A DNA stretch of 64,000 bases. Origin: Hemiscyllium ocellatum (lineage: Eukaryota). The notes beneath the pieces were generated by a model. It had not been told where the DNA came from, made no database searches, and worked only from the letters and a program-made list of their open reading frames with translations. This document shows positions 39,690-50,390 of the stretch, one piece after another; position 1 is the stretch's first letter, and every line of letters starts with the position of its first letter. Both the position numbers and the translations under genes were made by a program. The stretch covers positions 351,584-415,583 of the forward strand of contig NW_026867788.1 in the NCBI RefSeq assembly GCF_020745735.1, in the 5' to 3' direction.

Positions 39690-39990
39690 TCATCAAAATT
39701 CGACAGTGTGTGCAAACAGGCCATTTGACCCAACAAGTCGACAACCACCCTTTGAAAAATAACCTATCCAGACACATTTCACCCTGACTAATGGACCTAA
39801 CCTCCCAATCCCTAAATGCAACATGACGAAGTCACCCAGTTTGCACATGTTTGAACTTTGGGAGGAAACCCTGACAGACATGAGGAGAAAGTACAAACTC
39901 TTCACAGACAATCAGCCGAGGCTGGAATCGAACAAGAGTCCCTACGACTGCGAGGCAGCAATGCTGACCACCGAACCAGCACGCCACCCC
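39690..39990 (-). mobile_element. HE1-like SINE
   Basis: Reverse complement begins GGGGTGGCGTGCTGGTTCGGTGGTCAGC; body matches 12915-13190. Confidence 0.8.
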
Positions 39991-40499
39991 ACTATGCACT
40001 GTGCAGCTGGAAATCACAAACAAAATTGCTTGGAATTGCTTGACAAACCCGAAAAGCTGGCAGTGTTTCTGGCGATAAATCCAAGTGAATGGTTCAGGTC
40101 CAGTGATCGTTGTTCATTTATCAAAACAAGGCAGAATGTCCTCTCTGGGAAGGTCACTGCAGCAGCAGCACAGGCAGGAGCTGAGCACTGAGACTGGAGG
40201 ATGTCTGTCACTGCTGACCTCATGCCAATTGTCTGGAGGTTGAAACTTGTAATTTACAATTATCTGAAGTCTGGTGGCTTCTGAAAAATGGAGGACTCAT
40301 AAAGGTTCAGAGACTTTGGAGCATTTCAGCTAACTGAGCCGACAATGTACGTAAATCTGATTTGAAAAAATAAAAGTACTCTTTAACTTTAATAACTGTC
40401 AAACTGACACGCAGTTCACTACCAAAACTCTCATCTGTCACAGACAAACAACTGTTCTCCCTCCCTATCCAGACATGAATTTCCACACACATTGACAAA

Positions 40500-40980
40500 C
40501 CTTACCCTGTTACACACAATTCGTGGCCGGAGTACAGCACCCCTTTCACAAGAAACACATCCAAGGCAATCCATATCGGTAGGGTAGATGAGCAGAGATA
40601 TCCTTGCGTCCATGTACATAGATCCCTAAAAGTTGCCAGGCTCGTTGATAGGAATGTTAGGAAGTCATACTTTGAGTTGGCTTGCATTGGAAGAAGGGCT
40701 GAGATTCAAAACCATGACATCGTGCTGCAGCTGTACAAAAAAACTGGTGTGGCCGTACTTGGAGTATTGTGGTCACCACATTATAGGAAGAATGTGGAAG
40801 CTTTGGAAAGAGTTCAGTGGAGGTTTAACAGAATGTTGTCTGGTGTGGAGGGAGGTTTAATGAGGAAAGGATGAGGGAATTGAGGTTGTTTTTGTTTGAG
40901 AGAACAAGGTTGCGAAGTGACTTAATTTAGACATATAAGACAATCAGAGGGTTCGATAGGGTGGATAGGGAGTCTTTTGT
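40500..40980 (+). mobile_element. CR1 LINE 3' RT fragment
   Basis: ORF 40633-40860 contains KLVWPYLEYC; 40677-40874 contains ALERVQWRFNRML. Confidence 0.8.
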
Positions 40981-41220
40981 GATTTACACATGAAAGAAGT
41001 TAAACTATCACTGTATTCTAACAGATGAAATGCTTAACAGTCAATCAATTTTTCAATGTATAATTTCAGTTATGGCACACTGAAAAGTTTTGCTATAAGT
41101 TCTGTGTTACGATCGAGCACTCCACAATTACCTGATGAAGGAGCGTCGGTCCGAAAGCTAGTGTGCTTCCAATTAAACCTGCTGGACAATAACATGGTGT
41201 TGAGTGATTTTTAACTTTGC
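40980..41220 (+). mobile_element. Second-family Penelope pLTR with hammerhead-like motif at 41128-41163
   Basis: TAC-CTGATGA-A-GGAGCGTCGGTCC-GAA-AGCT-A-GTG: HHR core with palindromic AGCT stem III. Confidence 0.65.
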
Positions 41221-41224
41221 TTTC

Positions 41225-42800
41225 CTAGTATATGCTTATAGAGTTAAAATCGCCTATCATATCCATCCTATTATTCTTACATATAGCTGAGGTATCCTTA
41301 CACGTTTGTTTCTCAATATCCCTCCATCTATTAGGGGGTCTAGAATACAAAACCAAAGCGCATAATCATCCCTTTCTTAATTCTCAGTTCCACACAAACA
41401 ACTTCCCTGGATGTATTTCCGGGAATATCCACCCTCAGCACAGCTGTAATGTTATCCCTTATCAAAAATATCAATCACCCTCCTCCCTTGCCCCCCTTTC
41501 TATTCTTCCTGTAGCATTCGTATCCTGGAACATTAATCTTCCAGTCCTGACCATCCCTGAGCCATGTACCTGTGATTGCTATGATATCCCTGTCCCATGA
41601 TCCTAACCATGCACTGATTTCACCTGCCTTCCATGTTAGGCCCCCTTGCAATGAAATAAACACTGTTTAATTTATTCGTCCTACTTTGTCCCTGCCTGCT
41701 CTGACTGTTTGACTCGCTTCTGTTTTCAATTGCACTAGTGCCAGATTGACCTCTTTCCTCACAATCTCCCTGGGTCACAACACCACCCCTCTCCCTACCT
41801 TACTAGTTTAAATCCTTCCGTTCAGCTCTAGCAAATTTCCCGGTCAGAATATTGGTCCCATCCAATTTAGGTGCAATCCGTCCTTCTTGTCCATATCACT
41901 TCTAACCCAAAATAAATTCCAATGATCCAAAATTATGAATCCTTCTCCCATACACCAGCTGCTCAGACTCGCATTCATCTGCTCTATCCTCATATTCCTG
42001 CCGTCTGTAGCTCGTAGCATTGGGAATAATCCAGATATTACTACTTTCCAGGACCTCCTTTAATATTTTCTGCCTAACTCTCTGTAATCTCCCTTCATAA
42101 TCTCAATCTTTTCCCTTCCTTTGTCCTTGGTTCCAAAGTGGACAATGTCCTCTTGCTGTCCCCTCTCCCCCATGAGAACTTTCTGCACTCTCTTTGAGAC
42201 ATCATTGATCCTAGCACCGGGGAAACAACACACCATTCTGCTTTTTCGCTGCTGGTCACAGAAAGGTATCTCTGCACTCGGATTGCAGAATCCCCGAACA
42301 CAATTGATCTCTTTGAAGCCGATATAACCCTCATTGCATTAGACCTAGTCTCAATACCAGAAACTTGGCTGTTCGTCCTATGTTCCCCTGAGATTCCATC
42401 ACCCCCTACATTTTTCAAAACAGCATACCTGATTGAATCGGTACAACCACAAAAGACTCCTGCACTAGGTGCCTACCTATCTTACATTTCCTGGAGTTAA
42501 CCCATCTATGTGACAGTATCTGAGACATCGCCCCTTCCTATAACTGCCATCCATGAGATACTGTTGCTTCTAACTGTCTCTCCAACCGATCCATTCGATC
42601 TGGTAAGATTCGCATCAAACAGGACCTATGACAGATATAATCTGCAATAATGCTTAATCTCTCTTTAAACTCCCACATCTGACAAGAAGCACATACCACT
42701 CTATTAAAGCCAATTTTTACTCCTTCGTAAGTTACAGAGCCAGAAATTAATACAGTCTTATTCCTCGAGAAAACACTGCCCCACACAAACTTTAGCAATT
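41225..42800 (-). mobile_element. CR1 LINE 5' part (ORF1 and start of ORF2 endonuclease), degenerate
   Basis: 42538-42798 (VVCASCQMWE...YICHRSC), 42095-42418 (SIVFGDSAIR), 41475-41663 (WDRDIIAITGTWL...PGYECYRK). Confidence 0.88.
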
Positions 42801-45747
42801 CAAGTCAGTTGATGATGATTTGTTTCTCAAGGAAAAGCCTGACACTTCCACGCTTGTCTAGAGATGCAGATAATCACTGGAGGCATTGAAAAGTATTTAC
42901 ACGAATTGCGAATGGTTTCTTTCTGTGTAGTTTGGCTTCTTTTTCTCTGAACAAACAGTGTTACTTCTTAATCATATTGTGGGAATGAAGATTGCCTCAT
43001 TTTTTAAAGCAGAAATCACACATTATACTTCCCTGGAATAAAGAAATATAATCTAAACTTAATGGAATATGGTGATTGGGATGTTTAAATTGTAAGTTAT
43101 CAGAGATTTAAAGCTTATTTTCACGACCAATTAATTCCAGCCTCAATGGGTCACTTTAACTTCTCACAGAAATGTCTTTAAACAACGGTTTCTCCCTTTG
43201 TTAAGGAAAGTAAAATCATTGAACTATGGATAGGTTTTACTTGCTAGTCAAAGATGGAAAAGAGTTTTAGCCAAAGAGAGGCCTGAGAAAATAGTGCGCG
43301 GATGCACCCTGATCTAAGTAATGGGGGAACAGCTCGAGGGGCTGAGTGCCCTCCTCCTGCACTTTCCTATAATTGTGTCCTTCATTAGGCTAGCACTGAC
43401 ACTGAACAATTTTTATTAAAATATTTTAACAAATTAATTGTTTCACAAATTCTTAAAACATCTTTGATTATTTGGAACGCGAGCATTGACGTTCTATGTT
43501 TGAGTGATCAAAACAACTCCCACCCAATTACAGCAGTCACTGCAATCTGGAGTGTGTTGTTACTTCACGAAACAGTTTCTTGTGAAAATACAGCTTGAAA
43601 TCAGGGTTTTCACATTCAATGATTTTCTGATATTAAATATCTCTGAACATTCTCAATTTCTTCAAACGCATCTTCTCTCTGTACAGCTTGTTTAATCGAA
43701 CAGAACTTCTTTTTAATGAAACAACAAACTTTGATTGCTAGCAAACCAAAATAAAGACAGAAGTTTCTGAAGATTCTCAGTAGGTCTCGTGGCGGCTCTG
43801 GAGAGAAAGTAAGGTTGACATTGCGCGTTCCGAGATCCCCCTTCAAAAAATTGTTTTCATGTTTTTGGCACCTGTTGAATTAGACAGCGATTACGTTTGC
43901 TTGACTGCTGTTGCAAAAAGATTCTTAGCAAAGGTACTGGAATGCGTAAGATAGCAACTGATGACTAGTTGAAAGGCTATCACCATCTGCTGGAAGTGTT
44001 GGATTCAGCGGAACCCCCACTGCACTGAACAGTCAAATTCAACCACAGCACTGGTTAAATATAAAATAAAACAACCTAGGCATGATCTCAACAAAAATGC
44101 TTCAAAGCAATTCATTCTGGAATAGTTATACATGTTATTGTTAGAATGGTAATTTAAAAGCTGGGATTTATTTGAGGGGTTATTCCATTAACCCCAGCTA
44201 GTGATGTCCAAAAGCTTGTGAACAAAAATGGACTTGGAAAGAGCTGCTAACCGCCAAAGTTGTTTAATATCTAAGAGACACAAATCAGGATTGCGATTGA
44301 ATAGATTTCAACGGCCTCTGTGAATGGAATTCCAAAAAAACTCCCAAACGACTCGATCTGGTTTTTTGCCCCGAATGAAACTGATTAGAGATGATGTTAC
44401 ATACGTCTCTAACAGGTTGTAAGTGAACACAGGCCACGTGGCATGGAGTCAGGGTCACTACTACAATATCACAGCAGACCTGAACACAATGAGCTCGACA
44501 CTATATCGGAGAGCACAGCCCACCTGTTTTACAGTGCATAAACCATGTTAATTATTAACACATTCCAACAAATAAGGATTGTTCCAGAATGTTTATGCAA
44601 TGAAATTAACATTGCAACAATTTTCCAGGAATACTTTGACTGTAAGTCTGAATTGTCCAAAGTCTGTGGGAACTACAGAGGAATAAAACTATGAATTGCA
44701 CTGCCATAAATTCACTGTCACTGGACTTCAACGTTGAACTCCCTTCCTCTTACTCATTAATGTTGATGCACCAGATGGTCTACTTAGTTAGAAATAGATT
44801 AAAACATTTTGAACTGTATTATGACATTTTCCAGTGACATTAAAAGCTGGCAAAATGTTTTCAAATAATACAATGCAAATTAATTTCTGATCCTACATTG
44901 TGTCACTAAACACGTCCCGGACAATCGAGGCACAACGAAAATAAGCAGCATATTTTCCTCTGCCTCGCTCAATTATATATCCCTTGTTGCCAACAACCAA
45001 TTGAAACACTCTTGCAATCTGCCTTTTGTTACTGATGTGTTCGTTCTGATACTAAAACATGACCAGGGCTCTCAATTCAGAGGCACCTAATCAAATATTC
45101 TATTTCTGGCAGATAAGCATGGTTTTGAAATGGGATATGAAATTGAACTGTCGGAGATTCAGGTATTGGAACCGGACAACTTACAAATGGTCAGGATCAG
45201 TTGACAAGTTAGTCGGAGATAGCACCGAAACATATTGTACAACAATCTTGGTCTTTCCAATATATCTGCTCAATTCCTCAGGTCCAATATGTTCACTGTA
45301 ATTGAACATTCATCGTAGGAATGAAAAAGATAATACCCATTAATGTGAACGAGAATGGGTTCACAATGAACATAGATAATCACCGATTTAATCAACTAAA
45401 TAAGTCATTGTAATTAACAACATTATTGATGTAGGACATATTGCAAATTTATGCACAGGTGCAAAGGAAATGGATTCTTCTTTAAATTATTTTTACGTAT
45501 TCTGAAAACATTTCTTGTACTCGAAGATTTTACATATTCTGGACAAAGCCAATACTCCATTCCAGTGTGGCAATGCGTTTCTGTTGAAACAAATAGGGCA
45601 AGTATTTACTATCAGGTTTTCTTTACAATGGGTGGGTCAGTTTCTTGTTAGCTGTTTTGCAACATACGAAAATGTTTTAAAAAGGTATAAATTGAAAGCT
45701 TGCTTCTGTCTGGAGTTGCCCACTTTAAATGAGGTCTAAGTAAATAT

Positions 45748-46060
45748 GGGCGGCGTGGTGGTTTCGTGATGAGCACTGTTGACTTTCAGATTCAGATTCC
45801 CGTGCTTGGTTCCAGCCTCAGGTGACTGTCTGTGTGGAGTTTACACATTCTCACCTGTGTCTGCATGGGCTTCCTCCCACAATCGAAAGATGTGCTGGCC
45901 AAGTGAATTGGTAATGCTGAATCATCCATAGTGTTAGGTGCATTGATCTGGGGTGTATATAGGGTAGGGTAATATGTCTGTGTGGGTTAGTCTTCAGAGA
46001 ATCGGTGTGTAATTTAAGGGACAATGACCCGTTTCCATAGTGTAGGAAATCGAATCTAAA
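45748..46060 (+). mobile_element. HE1-like SINE
   Basis: GGGCGGCGTGGTGG head, GGTTCCAGCCTCAGGTGACTGTCTGTGTGGAGTTT body. Confidence 0.8.
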
Positions 46061-46271
46061 TGATCGCCACACTTAACTAATGTTAAGTACATTGCAAAAA
46101 TTGGTCAAGTACATTAATTAAAAAACCCTCTATTTTCAGTCTGAATACACAACGTGCTCTGATATCCTCTCGTTCATGTCTTCTGCAAATTTATGAACTC
46201 TGCATATGTCTGAACACGTCGACGCAGACTACGTTCTCTGCATTCGCAACAAGCATTCCTACTGTTTTACA

Positions 46272-46642
46272 GTAGATTTCCAACAGTATGGAAAAAGGCC
46301 ACTGTACTCAACAATTCCACACCGACCCTCCGAACAGTAAGTAACACATTCCACCTACGCTATATTTACTCCTGTCTAATGCACTATAACCTACACATCC
46401 CTGAATTCAATGTTTAATTTAGCACAGCCAATTCACCTAGCCTGAACACCTTAGTGACTTTGGGTGGCGGGGGGTGGGGGGGGGTTGTGGCGGGGGTCGG
46501 GGGGCGAGGTAACTGGAGCACACAGAAGAATCCAGGACATGGGGAGAATGTGCAAATTTTACACAGGTAGTCACCCGAGAATGGAATCGAAATGCGGTCC
46601 GTGGTGCTGTGCAATGCTCACCACTGAGCCAGCATGCCGCCC
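46272..46642 (-). mobile_element. HE1-like SINE (tail-to-tail with the previous copy)
   Basis: Reverse complement begins GGGCGGCATGCTGGCTCAGTGGTGAGC. Confidence 0.8.
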
Positions 46643-48390
46643 TATGAGTTAATGCGTGAATTATTTTAACTAATTAAAAATTTGGCCTTGATCACATAAT
46701 TCCACATAGCAGTTGTTTCCGAAAGAATGACTCTTCAATTGAAATTTTGTTGTAAAATGTAACTATTCATTTAAAACGCATGGATTGGGAACACCTAAAG
46801 CACTGTGCAGATTAAATCATTCAGTCACTGTTTTATGTTTTTCCTGCAATTCCAGTTTAATCAGCGACATAAAAATTAATTGACTCGTTTTACTTGTGCA
46901 ACTGATCAAAGCAGTGAAACTGGTCTGTTCTTCATCGAATTGGGCAGAATTTCCAAATGGTCTTTGCCAATGATCTTTTCCAACCAGAAAACTGTGTGTA
47001 GTGTACAGCGGAATTGAAAAGTGATTCTTGACTAATTACAACATAGTCATGGCATCTTTGCTCAAGAGCAAGAACTATTAGAACAACATACTTTTGAAAT
47101 TTTATTTACATTTCTCTATGACTTCCAAATGTTTGGAAGACAGAACTTGTGATTCAACTGGATAGTTGAGTTTTGACTTTGGATTGTAAATAGTGGACTA
47201 GATTAATCCTTAGTTATTACTTCTCATTACATTTAAGTCATCATTGTTCATGGAATAGTGCAGGTTAGATGGGCTTCAGATTGGTGTGATAATCCGGTGC
47301 AACATCGAGGGCCGAAGGGCCTGAACTGTGCCGTAACTTTCTATGTTCTCACTAAAACTCGCACCCTCAGGTATCGTTTTTTCCTTCATTTCCAAAAACA
47401 TTGCGATTTGCCTTTCACGTAATACTAGGCTTTATGAAGATTCAACTGGCATGCTGATTGCATCGAATGAGATAACTGGAGCAGTTCACTGACACCAACC
47501 ATGTTAACAGTGCAATAACAATGTAGAAACCAGAAACAGTTTCCCAAATGTAACAAAATTAATGTTACAGTCCCTCCTCCTCATTAGAGCAAAGATCAAC
47601 AAATGACAACACTGAGGAAACCGATGGGATTGCAGCAGAACGGGCTCTGCAAACATTTCCAACCAAAAACATGATGTTACCTCACAAAAAAAAGAAATCA
47701 AAACAAAGTTGTACAGATTCCAGGCAGAGAATGATCAAATTGAATAGAAATACCAAATAATAACAGCAGCCTTGTTTGTGAGGTGATTTACTTAATACTT
47801 TAAGCTGTAAAGCTTTCGGAAACAGTTCAATTTATTTCCAATCTGTACACCTTTTGCGGTCATGCCATTCTTGTGTTGTGCACAGTACAGCAGTTGAAGT
47901 CATATAATGATTAATCAGATTGAGATCAAAATAAAGTTAGTTCAATAGGCAAACATTATGACATTATTATTTTAAATTATAGCAAGTTCATTTCAATAAC
48001 GTAACCTGATCAATTCTGCAGTTTCAGATTTTAATCCCAAATTTTACTTTGAAAGATGTAACTCGAAACAAACTTGACTTAGTTTACAATTAGAGCTGAG
48101 GTTTTTTTTTAAAAAAATAATGCACTAAAATACTTTTTTCTCATTTCTTTCACTTCCGTGTTTCTGCCTTAAATTCGTTTTCAGACAGTTACAAACAGAC
48201 GTAATGTTTTCAATCAAGCAGCAAAAAAAATGCCAGATGAATTTAATAAATGTAGCAACGGTTCAGCAAAAACAAAGAACCTCACAAAAATTCGTAATTA
48301 AAGTAATCCAGAGAGACCATCTCCTCACCAGAAAGAAAACACGAATTACTGAAAGTATGAAAACGCAGATCAATTTCACAAAATGAATAA

Positions 48391-48600
48391 GAATCCAATC
48401 AACTCACTGCAACTGAATCATAAAATAAACTCATAATAAAATCAACTGAAAACAACAGATTTAAATGAAAGATAATCAGAATCCAACCAACTCAATTCAA
48501 CTGAATCTTATAAAACAATTTAAAAAAGGTAATCAGTGTGATTCAACAAAACCAAGTAAAAACAAAGTCGGAATCCAAGTCAACTCAATTCAACAGAATC
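48391..48600. repeat. Three degenerate ~90-bp-period repeats in the 5' part of the J-C intron
   Basis: Core GAATCCAA(T/C/GT)CAACTCA(C/A)T(G/T)CAAC(T/A)GAATC at 48391, 48479 and 48571. Confidence 0.75.
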
Positions 48601-49139
48601 AAACAAGAAAAATCAGAATCTAATCCACAGAAGGAAACATAGTATCCCAAAAAAATACATTTTATAACCAGCTTGTCATCAACAAAACTTACAAAATAAA
48701 GGAGAAAATATAATCATGGTAAGAACATTATGTATACAGAAAATATATTCAAGAAATGAATAATGATATTTTCGCATATTTTAATCATGTTTGTTAATAT
48801 TTCAAAAATCTTTTAATTCTGAGCATTTACTGTCGATAATAAAACTCACAATTAGAGTGTCACTGACATTAAACATTATTTATACCTGACCGATGAAGCC
48901 AAATTAGGTGTTTCTCACAGAATGACCACCTGATTAAAAAAAAGATACACCGAGCAACTGACTCCGTCATCATCATTTTAACTATTTGCTGAACCTTAAC
49001 TGAAGTCTATAATCAGCCTGAAAAAAATCAATCCGAACCAAATCACCTCAGCACAGAATGTGAGTTTCACTTAATTCAGAAATTAGTCACACGAATAGAG
49101 AGTTTTTAAAAAGTCTCTAAGAAAGTTCAAAGTTCTTAC

Positions 49140-49185
49140 CTGAAGTCACTGTTACCATGATCCCTTCGCCCCAGTAATCAAGTTA
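49140..49185 (-). pseudogene. IGHJ: IgH joining segment (JH)
   Basis: TAA CTT GAT TAC TGG GGC GAA GGG ATC ATG GTA ACA GTG ACT TCA G|GTAAGA = *LDYWGEGIMVTVTS. WGxG motif and donor intact; first codon is a stop. Confidence 0.93.
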
Positions 49186-49223
49186 GCCAGTGTTACAGTC
49201 TCTGGACTGCTCACACCATAACT
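49186..49223 (-). other. Degenerate JH recombination signal sequence (22-nt spacer)
   Basis: Nonamer AGTTATGGT (6/9 to GGTTTTTGT), 22 nt, heptamer CACTGGC (5/7 to CACTGTG) abutting J. Confidence 0.6.
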
Positions 49224-49443
49224 AGATCTGCATTAAAAAAAAACAAAAATCAACCATTATTTTAAATTTTCGGACCCACGGGCAAAATAAAGTCACGATA
49301 TATCTTAATCACATAATTGTGCTAGTGGATTCTGATCATTTTGACAAATTTTAATGTTGTTTTATACTTCACAGTGTAACATATGAGCTGATTCTGAAAA
49401 TCACCAAATGGCGTATCAATACTTAGCAGCACTTATACAAATT

Positions 49444-49566
49444 AAACAAAGCTAAAAATCACACACCACAAGGTCATAGTCCAACAGGTTTAATTGGAAG
49501 CACACCTTTGTACCTTTTTTTTAACCTTTGTACACCCCAGTCCAACACAGGCATCTCCAACTCATG
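49444..49566. mobile_element. Penelope pLTR (second family) fragment inserted between V/D and J
   Basis: AAAGCTAAAAATCACAC...GTCCAACAGGTTTAATTGGAAGCACA is the reverse complement of the pLTR end at 41160-41220. ACAAAT occurs on both sides as a possible TSD. Confidence 0.65.
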
Positions 49567-49681
49567 ACAAATAAAACAGTGATACTTTCATAAAACCCCT
49601 CAGAACTAATACTGCACTGTAAGTTAAGACGATTTGTACAAGTAACCATTTAATAAATGCAGAAATAATGGAGGCTGAATA

Positions 49682-49709
49682 CGGTTCTGCATTGATCATA
49701 AATGCCGTG
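49682..49709 (-). other. Candidate 12-spacer RSS immediately 3' of V (D-type)
   Basis: CACGGCA, 12 nt, GCAGAACCG (5/9 to ACAAAAACC). Alternative reading: scrambled FR3 codons (ACACGGCATTTAT resembles DTAIY). Confidence 0.4.
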
Positions 49710-49715
49710 TACCAA

Positions 49716-49993
49716 CTGCACAGTCTTAAGGTTAATCATGTCCAACGCAAAAATGTTGTTTGAACTGCCTGTGGAAGCAGTAAATCGTCCTTCAATCGTT
49801 GGTGCACAGTTATTGTTAGATGAAGTTTGGTACCAAAGCAGCCACTCCAGGCCCTGCTCGGGAACTTGTCGGACCGAGTGCAGGTAGCAGCTGCAAAGAT
49901 TGAACTTGCTGGTTTTACAGGTCAGTCTCAGGGTGCCTCTGGAAAGGCCAATCCCTGCCTCTGGATGAGTCAAAATAACCTTTTACTGGACAT
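49716..49993 (-). pseudogene. IGHV: IgM-type VH exon, disabled
   Basis: Acceptor TTTTAAAG|AT GTC CAG TAA (stop at 49985-49983), then VILTHPEA...[12 protein letters not shown]...[13 protein letters not shown]...[11 protein letters not shown]...[11 protein letters not shown]. Cys23 is present, Trp41 is replaced by Ser, and the EDTAIYYC end is disrupted. Confidence 0.93.
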
Positions 49994-50121
49994 CTTTAAA
50001 AAAGAAAATAAATAAACCTTGAGCATGAACGCTGATGAAATGATGGCTGAGTCGTTGACATTCCTGCAGTAGACTGATATTGAGACAGTCACAAAGAGAG
50101 ACTCGAACAAAAAATACTGAC

Positions 50122-50167
50122 ATGTTAAGACAGTCAGTAACAAGCTTAGAAAAATTGTCGACCTAAT
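50122..50167 (-). pseudogene. IGHV: VH leader exon without start codon
   Basis: ATT AGG TCG ACA ATT TTT CTA AGC TTG TTA CTG ACT GTC TTA ACA T|GTCAGT = (I)RSTIFLSLLLTVLT; 128-bp intron to V; no ATG. Confidence 0.85.
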
Positions 50168-50249
50168 CGTTGTGATAACTTGTGGAAAACGGTTCTGTCA
50201 AGGTCTTTCTAAACAAAGCCGATCCAGGAGTGTTGAATTATGGTCCAGT

Positions 50250-50390
50250 GCCCAGGATTAATATGACCATCAGAAGGCTCAGGCTTACAGTTTCCACCTA
50301 TTGGTTTCCTGCTGGATGCTGAGACCGGATCCTGGTATCAGCTTGCACAGCCCGAAGAGATGGACTCATGTATTTACATGAGGATATGCA
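50250..50390 (-). promoter_or_regulatory. Putative VH promoter region
   Basis: Sense strand has CATATTAAT (TATA-like) about 90 bp, CCAAT about 135 bp and ATGTAAAT (octamer, one mismatch; 50372-50379) about 205 bp upstream of the leader. Confidence 0.4.

Noticed and set aside
44873-44880. Perfect octamer in the J-C intron as an Emu-like enhancer
   Set aside because: Several perfect octamers occur elsewhere in this AT-rich window (for example 7402, 10472, 24379, 61722), about the chance expectation; there is no tight motif cluster.
49370-49376. Perfect heptamer between V and J as a D 5' RSS
   Set aside because: No nonamer at 12 or 22/23 nt and the adjacent sequence is not D-like. The GGTTTTATG...CACTGTT motif at 49575-49597 has the wrong spacer (7 nt).
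49650-49973. ORF-track 107-aa protein as a functional VH
   Set aside because: It starts at an internal TTG. The true exon has an upstream in-frame TAA, lacks Trp41 and YYC, and the leader has no ATG.
38209-50167. IgW, IgNAR or TCR identity for the cluster
   Set aside because: C exon motifs ([20 protein letters not shown]), the TM exon and the JH end (MVTVTS) fit shark IgM.
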